A stretch of DNA of 64,000 nucleotides, taken from assembly GCF_021869535.1 (NCBI RefSeq), contig NW_026262690.1, forward strand, positions 7,564,001-7,628,000. The letters run 5' to 3'. The notes beneath the pieces are model-generated. The model worked only from the letters and a program-made list of their open reading frames with translations, was not told the DNA's origin and did not search any database. Position 1 is the stretch's first letter, and each line of letters starts with the position of its first letter. This document shows, piece by piece, positions 48,775 through 60,472 of the stretch. A program made the position numbers and the translations under genes. Source of the DNA: Mytilus californianus. Lineage: Eukaryota.

Positions 48775-50554
48775 TCCGGATATGGTGTACTAATTTTAGC
48801 ACCTTTTGTTTGCGGTATACCATCTTTTCCGCAAGTTTATTGTTTTCTGTTTGGTATTAAATTAATAGTTAAGATCCATTTTGTTACATCTGGTGATCCG
48901 TTTATTTGGCAATCACCAATGGCAGTCAGCAGGGTTTAAGAACATCCGTTGTTCGACCTGCTAGTCAAATGCTAGTATACACCTGGTTTACAGTTTTAAG
49001 TAAACGCGATTCCGACTGTGTTCGGCTGTTTGACTAATGATAATACCTCTGTATATATTTTGCCCGGAAAAATTAGTTTAAGAGTGATTTGTTTACATTG
49101 CTTCAGCTACGCAGTTCATGTCATAAGCAATTCGCTCTAATTTTTTTTTTACCTATATACTCTAATGTTATATAGGTAATTTTTTTTAGAGACAAGTGCC
49201 TGTGGTTCATGTACATGTATATTAGTCCTGCATACTGGCAAATATGTTTTAATGATTGCATAATTCTTCAGTCAATATAAAGGCAAGAGTAGATTACCGC
49301 TGTTCAAAAGTCATAAATCAATTAAGAGAAAACAAATCCGGGTTAGAAACTAAAACCGAGGGAATCAACAATCAGAGGAAAACAACGGAACAACAGAAAC
49401 ACTGAACTGCAATAAAAACAAACGCCAACATACATAGAAACAGACTATTTGATAACAACTGCCAGATTCCTGACTTGGTATAAGACATTTTAAGAAAAAA
49501 TGGTGGATTGAACCTGGTTTTATGGCAAGCCAAACCTCCCGCTTATATGGCAATATATTTTACAATATTGAATAATTTTCCAAGATTTATTCTAGAATGA
49601 CCCTGTTTCAAATGTTTGTTCTTCCTTTACATCGACGAAGTATATGACAGCATTTGATGCTCTAGTTTTTATGTTTGCTATTGAAACTTTTTGTTTCAAG
49701 TGTACCTAACGGTTTATTCTACATGTCTAGAAATAGGTGAGCAAAATAAAAGTTCAACTTATTTTTAGGTCATGTTTCTGTCTAGATTGGAGTAACTGTA
49801 ACCAAAGAAAGTCATGACTCTTAATCAGGTCAAAACTGACATACCAGGGGTGTTTTGTATAAAACAAACTTATCAACGTGTGGTTGTCGATAATCTCAGA
49901 AGATGTTTTGGATGAGTTGATGAGTCATAACCTGACCCGAGACCACAATTAATGACCCCGCTTTTGTCCACGAATATAGCTTCTTGTTATTTATATAATG
50001 TCTTTTTTCTTTATTTTTGTTCTCTGCCTTCCTGATTCATTTCTTAGTTTTTATAGGGTGGAATGAAAGAAGACAGTTGAAATAAATTTTTGGATGCATT
50101 ATTTTAACTATTCGGTAGTTGGAATGAGTGATTAGACCAGTTGCAAAAGGTAACACTTATAGTTTTCGGAACGTCTCTTGACTTGTCCATACCAGTATGG
50201 ATATGTTTTGGCTAAATAATGACCTGCATAGAAGAAATTTTCCTAAAAGTTAGATATAATGTGAGACTTGTACTGTACATTACATATACCAATAATTTTG
50301 CAAATTTGCAGGTTAATTTTTTTTTAATGTGAAAAAACGTTATAAAGAAATAATAGGGAAATTAATTGTGGTCTGTGGCCACCTTCATCTGCTCACTGGA
50401 CGAATCAAAATGTGTTAAAAGGATTGGTGTTAATGAAATTGACATCTTTGTGGAATGTGAAAGGCACTCTAAGCGGATGTTCGTTTATCAAAAATGAAAA
50501 TTCGTTTGATAATAATTAGAGAAACAGATTCTTACATAAATTACTCGTGGATTA

Positions 50555-50659
50555 TCGGATTTATCCAATCTCGATAGTTAAATTATCAATTTTAAAGTCC
50601 TCGGCGAGGCTAGGACTTTAAAATTCGATAATTTAACTATCTCGATTGGATAAATCCGA
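50555..50659. repeat. Long palindrome
   Basis: TCGGATTTATCCAATC.CGATAGTTAAATTATC.AATTTTAAAGTCCT is mirrored around the loop CGGCGAGGCT. Confidence 0.9.
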
Positions 50660-51661
50660 CCCACTGATATATATATATATCCCGCATAACAAATGCTTGA
50701 TCATTAGTCAGCAATACCTCACAATTCATCTTTTTTAATAATGTAAACGAAAAGTTTTATTCATATTTTGATGTAAAGTTAGCTTTTTTCCCCATGTAAA
50801 ACAGAGTTTAAGACAGACTTATGGGCAACGTTACTGTTTTTCTAATAAATGCCGCAAGGCCGAGAGATACGAAATCTGCCAACCCTTACTTTACATTTCG
50901 AGGCAAAAGTAACTTCAAAACCAAAATGTTTTGACTGGGAAGCATACTATAATATTAATTTATTTCTATAAAATATACGGAATCGTATGGCAGGCCGTTC
51001 TCGTCAAAACTATTTTTTCGAAAAATATACGCACTGAGATCTCAAAAAAAAATACACACCGAGATTAAAAAAAAATGAAAAGCGCACAATGAGAATTGAA
51101 ATTACACACTGAAATTTCTAAAATACACACTAAGATTTAAAAATTGCACACTGAGATGTATATGAACATTACTAGTGAATATTTATAATTCAATAGATTT
51201 ATATTTCAGTCACCTGAACTCATGCCACATACAATTATCAATTGGAACACCTCGTGTGACTTTTGTGCCTCACCTCGCATGTAAGCATAAAATTGTCCAA
51301 ACACTTTTTCGACTCCCTCCGCTCGGCGCTTATTTTACATTTTCGGCAATTGCACCCCTTTTGAAAACCCTGAAACCAGAATAAGTGACCATAAAACTGA
51401 GAAGTGTTTGAGCAAACAGAGCACTAGGGCCATATACATTCGATTGACGGAGATTGATAATTGGTCGGTACTTTCTGTGAAATATGGGATTCGTCACAAA
51501 CAATTCTTTAAAAAGAAACTTCTACACTTGTATATATAACGAGCTTCGACGACACATCGTGTCGTACATAGCCAACACGAATCATTTGACGTTCTACACA
51601 ATGATAATACAGAATCTAGCCAACATGAATCATTTGACGTTCTACACGATGATATAATTAA

Positions 51662-51925
51662 GAAATAATTCATGGCAACCGTGGATTTGTTTTCATTTAA
51701 CCAAGGGTTGGGCATTTATATTCGATTATTTTATCCCGAGCGAGGGATAAAATACGAATATAAATGCCCAACCAATGGTTAATTGGAAACAAACCTACGG
51801 CTGACATGAATTATTTCGATTCAATTAGGACAAATACAGTAATTTTGTATAAAATGATCGAATATATATGCCCAACCCATGGTTAAATGAAAACAAATTT
51901 ACGGCTGCCATGAGTGATTTCTTAA
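51662..51925. repeat. Palindromic element with a duplicated right arm
   Basis: Centre TTTTATCCC-GAGCGA-GGGATAAAA; arms extend to 51662 and 51817; a second right arm lies at ~51860-51925. A flanking ~48-bp repeat occurs three times. Confidence 0.8.
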
Positions 51926-52167
51926 ATCTAGCCAACACGAATCATTTGACGTTCTACACGATGATAATACATAATCTAATTATATGACAATAAAGTTATT
52001 AGGTCAGATATAGGTATTAACTGATATTTAATTTATCAAGTGCAAGTATTTGGGGTAAACGGGGTCAAACGTTTGAACTACCAGTTCCAATTCCCACCAC
52101 TCTTTGGGTAACTCGTGTAAGATCATGTTTCATTGTTGATTTATGTGCCGACTCTTGATAAAATCTA

Positions 52168-52199
52168 CCTACTTACTTACTTACTTACTTACTTACTTA
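52168..52199. repeat. (CTTA)n microsatellite
   Basis: About 8 CTTA units. Confidence 0.95.
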
Positions 52200-53181
52200 T
52201 TTCTTTGAACGAGATTAAGAGGAACAAGGTTGGAATTTAAACAAAGCGTGTTAGTGAAGCCCGTCACATGTTTATGTCTTCTCAAGCATAAGGAACCTCG
52301 TCAGTGCTTAATCTTTATCAAGTGAGATTGAGACCATACGATCAGAAAGCCCATAACGACTGTCGACATCAAACAATAAAGGACATGGACATTACAACCA
52401 TAACCATCAAGAATCACAGGCCCGTATCCAGGCTGTTTCTGAGGGAACAACAACCTCAGAGAAAAAGTGTGAAACAGTTCAAACGAGAAAATTTACGGCC
52501 TAATTTATAACAATACAATTTACGAAAAACAATCATGAACCAACGACAACAAATGAATTACAGGCTCCTGAGTAGGGCAGGCATATAAAGAATTTTGCGG
52601 GGTTAAACATGTTTGTGAACACTCAATGGTGAGACAGTGATGTAACATAAAACATAAGAACAAAGTTTAAAAATCAGTTGCAAAAGTCTTAAAAATTGTC
52701 ACGAAGCACAACAACTAACATAAAAACAATAACGCACCGATATAAAAATTCTCGCAGTTACTGAAAGCCAGTTCAAAAACCAATTACAACAAATAAAATA
52801 TCATGTCCTCACAGACTTAAGTATCAGTCATTACACATCAAACGGATTCAGTGTAAAGGCGTCATAAAAACGAATGAATTTGTGCAGGACAATCTAGAGC
52901 TCGTTATATGATTTTGACGGTTGTTCAAAGTGAGTGCCATTTAATAATTTCTGGGTATATCTATTTTGGTGATTGTTTATTGTTGTGTTGCTGTCTCATG
53001 TCGGTTTATCTAGCATTTTATTTGATTTATAAGTAAATATAAGAATACGGATATTTTGTATGATCGGCAATAGAAAAGAGCCTATTTTACTAAATTACAA
53101 ATGATCTAGTTTAAAAAAAATAACATGAAAAGCGTATAACACGAAAGGGCTGCAATAATTTGGAGGTGGTTTTATACTTAC

Positions 53182-53338
53182 AATGACAGAATGATGCCAA
53201 CACCGCCAATTCCAGCCCATATTAAGAATGTAAGTCCTCTATAGATAGTTACTGTGGAATCGTATATTATACCAATAACCACTGTACCAAATAAACTGGA
53301 AAACGATTCTACAGCAGCCACTCCAGCAAAAATAGATC
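53182..53338 (-). CDS. SLC46A-like: SLC46-like exon 3 (157 bp) of copy D, intact
   Basis: TTTCAG| GSIFAGVAAVESFSSLFGTVVIGNIYDSTVTIYRGLTFLIWAGIGGVGIILS |GTAAGT. Same length and phases as exon 3 of copy B. Confidence 0.88.
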
Positions 53339-53817
53339 CTGAAATTTATTGCAATAATTATTAATCAATGAATACATATCTAAGTAAGTTTTTAAATTTG
53401 AAAATGACTAAATATATTGTATTTATGATTCTGATCCATGTTGATATCATTAGGCTACGTTTTATTTATTAGGCTTTATTTTGACATAGTATTTTCTAGA
53501 CATAACTTTCCTAATATGTATTGTATATGATTAAATCTCCACGACTGTCTTTGTAACCAAAAACCAATGTTCTCAAGTTAGGAGATATAGGGTATACACC
53601 AATGAAACAGCATCAGGTCATTGTGGACTTTGAACTAGTTATATTTTGGTATTCATCCGCTGTAGACTTTATTTTCCTTTTTCGTGACTCTCAGACTTTA
53701 TATTATTATATACTAGTAAAGAAACTGTTATATAGACTGTTTTTTACCATAACAACCAAAGACATTATATTTGAGGACATTTTTTCTATACAAAATTAGG
53801 GTATTTTTTCTATGACC

Positions 53818-56800
53818 TTGGATTATGGGTCCGTGTTACACTTATCAATTCAAAATTTCAAAAAGTTTTCAAATTTTAGTTTTTTGGATTTATGATCAAA
53901 GTTTTAAAATATAAAAATTCCAAATATTTTTATTTTTTTTTAAATTTTAAAAATTTACCAAATAATTAAAATTTTAAAATTATAAACTTCGTTTTAAAAT
54001 TTAATAGTTAAGATATTTAAGCAAAGCAAACTTTAAGAATACTAAACTGAACGTACAGTTTTGATCATTTCGCGTTTTGAAAGTTTGAATTTTTTGATTT
54101 TTGATTTAAATATAGGAAAGGGGGAAAGGACTAAAAAGTGGATACCTGTTACAAGTGCGAAACGGAATAAGAATAGAAGGAACGAAATGAAATTTCACAT
54201 TTTCTTTAAAAAAAACCCGGCCCATTTGTTAAAAAACTAAGACGTTTTAAAATTTGCATTCGAAAAACCAGGACAATGTAAAACGCTGAATTTTAAGTGG
54301 AATTCAAGGACATAGTTTTTGTCTTAAATATGAATAGTATTCAGAATATCATGGACAGTCATGAATTAAACCATTATACTTGCGAAATAGTAAGGGGGAC
54401 AAAACAAAACAAAACAAACGCAAACGAAACGAAACGAACGAAATGATTAATTACCAATCAAGGTAAAAAATAAAACAAGAGGCAGAAAGGCATCAAAGCG
54501 GAGAAAATTGAATAAAACAAATAAATATATCTAAAGAGCGGAGAAAAAAAAGAAAGAACCACTTTGATTATGGTCATTCTTAAGTCGGAATAAAAAGAAC
54601 AAAAAGAGATGAATCATTTTCAATTACAAAAACAATATTTAAGGAAGAGGCTTTATTTCTTTAAACAAATCGGACATCATATGATATATCAGTATCCTGA
54701 AATTTTCAAGGTAGCTATTTAAAAAAAAAAACACAATTCCCGAACCTATTTCAAACTCAATCAAACAGGTAAACTTTACCTACAATAAAAAATTTCTAAC
54801 AGAAGCTAAGCATTTCAGATAATTTATTTGGAACTATTTGGTTATCACAATCAATCAAAAGATAACAGAGAATTTCGAATTTATTGGTCGTAATAGACAA
54901 ATGGTATTCTAGATTGGATAGTCTACTCCCATTTAACAATTGTGTTTGTCCTACACTTTTGCCCAAACGTCACTTGCTTGATAAAGCGCCCATCAATTTA
55001 GGAGAACAGTGAAAACTGACCAACTCGCAGTAAGTCGAATAATATGGTAAGATTGAGTATGTAAATATATATGTTAAGCAATACTTATTCAACCAAAATG
55101 GTTAAATAAACGTGAATTCCCTCAAATTTGAAGTCAGATTTTTTATCTTGCTTTTCGGCTTCTTACTATCTGCATCCATATCGGCTGATAAAATCATTGA
55201 ACGTACATTTTGAACGATCATCTTCTTTTATCGATTTCATGACGATCATATATTGCCTATTATTATTGTTTTCAAGTCCAAGTATTGTTACGGTGGCTGA
55301 AATACCGAATCAGTGGTGTCGTAAGGAACGTCGCCTCAAATGTGGAATGTTGTGGATTGGATTTTTTTAAGTATCTGCTTTACACTGCTTACCCGCTATA
55401 CATGCTGTCTATAAGATTTAGACCAATTATTAGAAGTTTGGAGCCAGGATAATGCTAAGAGGTAGACCATTTATATCAAACTCAGCGTGATAGTCTTCTG
55501 AAAGTTTGAATTCATACCACATAAACATATCACATAAACAATTCAATCTGCATATCCATGTAATAGTTGCCGCTGTACATAACATTATATCCATATGAGC
55601 TGTGGGCATTTTGATAAATGCGTGATCTCAGTTTTAATTACGTGAGCAACACCATGCAATAGTAATGATAATGAAATATTTGTTTGTGTATGTGATGTTT
55701 TCTCTCTCTTGGAAAGGCTTGCATATACCTAGCCTGTTGCCCAGTTCAATTTAATATATTTTGAAAAAGAAAACACATTGTTAAACAAAACCGCAATTTA
55801 AATGATATAATGTTTTATAAGGTCACATCACCGATTAACATTTTAGTAAGTTGAAGTGACCATTTTTAATGGTAAATTAATTTGGTTGATTTTTGTCATA
55901 TATACTTTTCCTTTATTGATTTAGCATAAGTTTGGTCGTTGGTTGTCTTATTTTATTATGTCATGTAAAGCGATAGGTAAAGTGACGGGCTGAGATATTG
56001 TATTTTCGAGTGATATTGAATGCGATCAGATCGATTAACTGCTATTTCGCAAGTATAAATTAATGATTTATTCATGACTGTTCATCTTATTCTGACTGCT
56101 ATACATATTTAAGGCAAAAACTCTTTCCTTGAAATTAACTTAAAATTCAGAGTTTAACATTGTCCTGGTTTTTCAAGAGCAACATTGAAAACGTCCTGGT
56201 TTTTTTTTTAACAAAGTAGGCCGGTTTTTTTTTGTTTTTTTTTTTTAAGAAAACGTGAGTACGAAAGAAGGCATTTTTCGATTTAATGTTAATTTTCTGT
56301 ACTTATACTGAAAATATTTTACAATCACCTTGCAGTATTAAGATATATAAGAATTCTGTGGGTGCTTTTTAAAACAGTCTTTAGAACCGAGTACAGGGGA
56401 CTCATAATCTTTTCAATTCTATCTCATACTACCTTTGTTTTTTTACAGTCAATGATATTTTATGATTGATAAATATTACAGTGGTGAACTCCTGAGTTTA
56501 AAAAAAAAACAGAAAGAAAACTAGGGAATAGCAGTGAAAAATCAGAAAAATTTAATATAAACATAAAATATTCTACTAAAAGAGAACTCTCCGCAAAACA
56601 TAAAATTACAATAACAGAAACCTTAATCTGCCCATGTACTATTTCCCATTGACAATAACATTTGAATTGAATGGAATATCCAATAAAAAATTAAAACAAC
56701 ACTTGACTGCATGCGTCCGAAGCGCTTTTCTGTATTTACCTACATCCGGAACACTCAAAGCTGAATATTTGAAAGCCAAGAATATATTAGAACCGACACA

Positions 56801-58666
56801 ATTGAAGAGGTGTATGGCCTAAAGAAACATTAAAAATAGCAAAAAATCCATCTAAGTTCAACTTAGCCTGAGGGAGTTGAAACCTAGGATTCTTTATAAT
56901 TTATATATAAATGGCCTATTTTAAATGATTGATTATTGGTTGCTAAACGTCCAGTTGCAAATATTTCATGCATGTTCAGGATGATTACAAATTAACAATA
57001 AATACAATAGGTAGGTCCTGTAATAGAGTCCGTTCAGGATGAAAGTCGGCAAAATTTAGATCGCCACTGGAAAATTAGGGTATTGTGGATAGGGACAGAA
57101 ATTTTGACTGGCAAAATGTAAAATAACAAAAATACCGAACTCAGAGGAAAATTCTAAACGGAAAGTCCCAAAGCAAATGGCAAAATCAAAAGCTCAATCA
57201 CATCAAACGAATGGATAACAACTGTCATATTTCTGACTTAGTACAGGCAATCAAAGAGTTGTTACAGGGGTCCTTAATGTGCAGAGAGCGTTGCACTCTC
57301 TTTACACCCCCATTCTGACTGGACGTAGCTGCGTACTTGTACTTTGCTCAAAGTTGGTTGTCGTACGATAACTTAAAAATGCGTAAATAACAAATACGGA
57401 ACTATCCCTTAATAAAAAAATCAAATACCCCGTTTCGTTTTATTCGCTATTTAAAAACAGATGCGGATTTAGGGGGTAGGGGGCCGCCCACCCCTAATGG
57501 AGCTACATATATGATAAATGCATATACTTTTATCAAGCATCAGTCCAAACGTTGGGTAACTATGGGCCCCACCTTTTCAAAATTCCTGGATCTGCACCTG
57601 AAAAATGTACCATTATTGAAGCCCCTCGTGGCGGTATCCAAGTCAAATATACAGATATATACTATTTATAACAACATTTAGAGCAGTAATCACAAAGTTG
57701 ACAAGTAATTTCTGCATATGGTTCATTTATTAAGACGATCATCGTGTGTCAAAATCAGGTCTTACTTATTAATTTTTCCGACTGAAAGAAACATATTTCT
57801 CATTTTCACGCTGTAGTTCAAACAAGTTAGCCTCTTGTTTTATATTATATTTAGTTTTAGAAAATATTGTTTTCGTTTTAATTTGTTTTGGTAAATTTCA
57901 TTTCGTTTCCTTACATTCTTATTCCGTTTCGCACTTGTAACAGGTATCCACGTTTTAGTCCTTTCTCCCTTATCTATATTCTAATCAAAAATTAAAAAAA
58001 AAGCAAACTTTCAAAAAGCAAAATGATCAAAACTGTACGTTCCGTTTAGTATTTTTAAAGTTTGCTTAAATATTTAAACTATTAAATTTTAAAGCGAAGT
58101 TTATAATTTTAAAATTTTAATTATTTGGTGAAATTTTCAAAATTAAAAAAAAAATAAAAAAATTGGAATTTTGATATTTTAAGGATGTTCGCTCCTCTAG
58201 TTTTTGTATTTTTGCCAGATATTCGGAATCCTCTGGTTTTATCCATGTAGTGCCATTAAACATTTTGCCCACTAACCCCTACTTTTCTTACCATCATTTT
58301 ATTACATATAGTTAAAAATGTCAGCTTTGAAAATCTTATAAAATCCTTGTTATTTTTTCATTGTTTTTGAAAGAAAAAAGGTGCCAATGTTAAATGTATG
58401 AAAAATCTAGAGAGAATTATTTCCCGCCAAATTTTCAATGGCTAATATCTCGAAAAATAGCACTGGACCCTTCATTTTTTTCTGCTTTTTTGTTTCTTTA
58501 TTTATATACTATCAATTTAAAACAGTCTTTTAAAAAGCTTGTTATTTTGAAACAGAGTAGCGAACATCCTTAAAACTTTGATCAAAAATCAAAAAATCTA
58601 AAATTTGAAAACTTTTTGAAATTTTGAATTGATAAGTGTTACACGGACCGTTATGACCCATAACCA
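53818..58666. mobile_element. Long inverted-repeat (foldback-like) element with secondary insertions in its right arm
   Basis: Left arm ~53818-54390 is the reverse complement of 56040-56260 plus 57895-58182 plus 58570-58666. No coding ORF was recognised in the centre. Confidence 0.7.
58183..58569. mobile_element. Kolobok-like MITE with TTAA TSD
   Basis: TTAA-GGATGTTCGCT..AGCGAACATCC-TTAA. The opposite arm of the host inverted repeat (~53895-53915) shows the empty site with a single TTAA. Confidence 0.88.
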
Positions 58667-58837
58667 AACTTTCTGTTTCCTCGACATTTTGACGTTAGAA
58701 TCTTGATAAAGTTGTGATTCATAAATGTGATCCGCGAAAAAGATATAATTTCAGGCTGTTTCACTGAGGTGAAAATCGGTTGAAATTTAGAATAAGCTCA
58801 TAAATCAGTTTGTAGATATAAGAAGATGTGGTATGAG

Positions 58838-59709
58838 TGTCAAGTACTCGGTGTAGTGACTTATGGGAATCGTACCAGAGTTTACCGCTGGATATTGGAA
58901 TATGCACCGTTTCTTATATATCTATCTTAAATTTATTAATTTAGCCTCTGTCATCCACTAGCAATGTGTGGGACGTGTTGTTGTCTTTGCACAGTCCTTA
59001 TGTGTCCAGCAACAACCAGTGCTAACCTGTGCACTATTACAACTTGTATTCTACCTATGTACTGCTATCCAATGCACTGCTATCCCGTGCACTTTCTGGT
59101 CTGTTCCGCCTGTGCACTGCTTTACCAGTGCACTCTCTGGTTTATGCTTTACTTGTGCACTATAACCGCACAGTCGCATATGCACCTATTACCCGGTGCG
59201 TATGTTTCACTTATAATATCCTCCTGCAACCTTATTCAGGTACGCAGATAGATTCTTATTCAGAATCTATTTAATCTTTTATAAATGAAATAATTACTTT
59301 CTTGCTTCTTCTAGACGTCTTGACTATTAATTAAGCAACCCTTATTCTGACAGCGCATCAGATTTTATACTAGGTTTTGGACCATATCATTTACATTGGA
59401 CGATACCAAATATCTTATTCCTATGAGTGTTTATAGAATACCCAACCCTTATTGCTTAAACGTTTGAATGACAGCCCTTATTTTACAACTACCGATCGGA
59501 ATATTTCCGGGTTTTCTAATCACAACTTGTCCGTTTCTGATTCTAACTATTATAAATTTCCATAGCAATGCATAAACAAAACAAAACCGAAAGTAGACAA
59601 ACGTTCAATTTTCAAACTAAACGAGTTCGTGTAACAATGTTTTAACTTGATCAAAGTAATAATCAGTTGAACCCTTGTAAAATAAAACAGGTTAACTATT
59701 TTCATCACA
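58838..59709 (-). mobile_element. 3' LTR of the G1-family Gypsy element (872 bp)
   Basis: Similar to 1369-2240; TG..CA ends; PPT-like GGAGGCGTGGGTAA at 59710-59723 (minus); outer flank ends in TGAG (58834-58837). Confidence 0.92.
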
Positions 59710-60472
59710 TTACCCACGCCTCCAGGAAATGCGTCCTCGCATTAATCGACATCAATTGAGCACATCTACATCAAGTGGACATTTTTCAGTCCCAAACTCT
59801 ATCCGGGTATTGCCTCAAGCCATGTCATTCAAAAACCTCAAATATGAATATCATGAAACAACTGCTACTTCTTCAGTAACTAACCACTAGAACAACTCGT
59901 AGATGTATGATCTACCCGACATGACAAGATTCCCACTCAATTATATACTATTGTCTTAACATTGGAGGAAACGTTTTATATGTGCATCAACTTAAATATA
60001 TCAACTTTATCCTAAGTACCCTTAAGTCGTTTTACGTCTTGATTTCAAATATGCATGCCGACAGATTTTTAAGCAATACATTTTTAACCATGAAAACCAA
60101 CAAACTAAATGATACTTTTGAAAACCACTGAAAACATCACAAAGCCAAAACCGGAATGAAATAATTTTGCCTAACAACCGGCCACTTATGGACCACTCAA
60201 AGAGCTTGTTGAGAGGGATCTTTAACGTGCACAAAGCGTGGTACTCCCTGAACACGGGACCTCGGATTTGACGTCCCCATCCGACGGACATACATTTTAA
60301 AATATACAACAAAATAACATTTTTAGTAGTGATTCCCTCACTTTTGATTACAAATTAAACTGTCTTTCCATCAAGACCTCTAAACACTTCTATAAGCGTC
60401 CCTATAACTTTCTTTTTATATACTAGTATTTATATACATGATAAGAATATATATACAACAATGAGATCCACA

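Larger units (their letters stand above)
47148..48972 (+). repeat. Locally repeated ~450-bp element (about 2.5 copies) interleaved with (TA)n microsatellites
   Basis: 47148-47457 ~ 47786-48097 ~ 48826-48972 (partial); 47683-47790 ~ 48729-48830; (TA)n at ~47458-47502, ~48101-48126 and ~48700-48729. Confidence 0.85.

Noticed and set aside
49880-49960. EDVLDELMSHNLT peptide resembling a CARD/death-domain helix
   Set aside because: Too short, flanked by stops and frameshifts, no exon structure.
53110-53181. 32-nt intron and immediate last exon after exon 3 of copy D
   Set aside because: The intron is implausibly short and the peptide does not resemble exon 4 of copy B.
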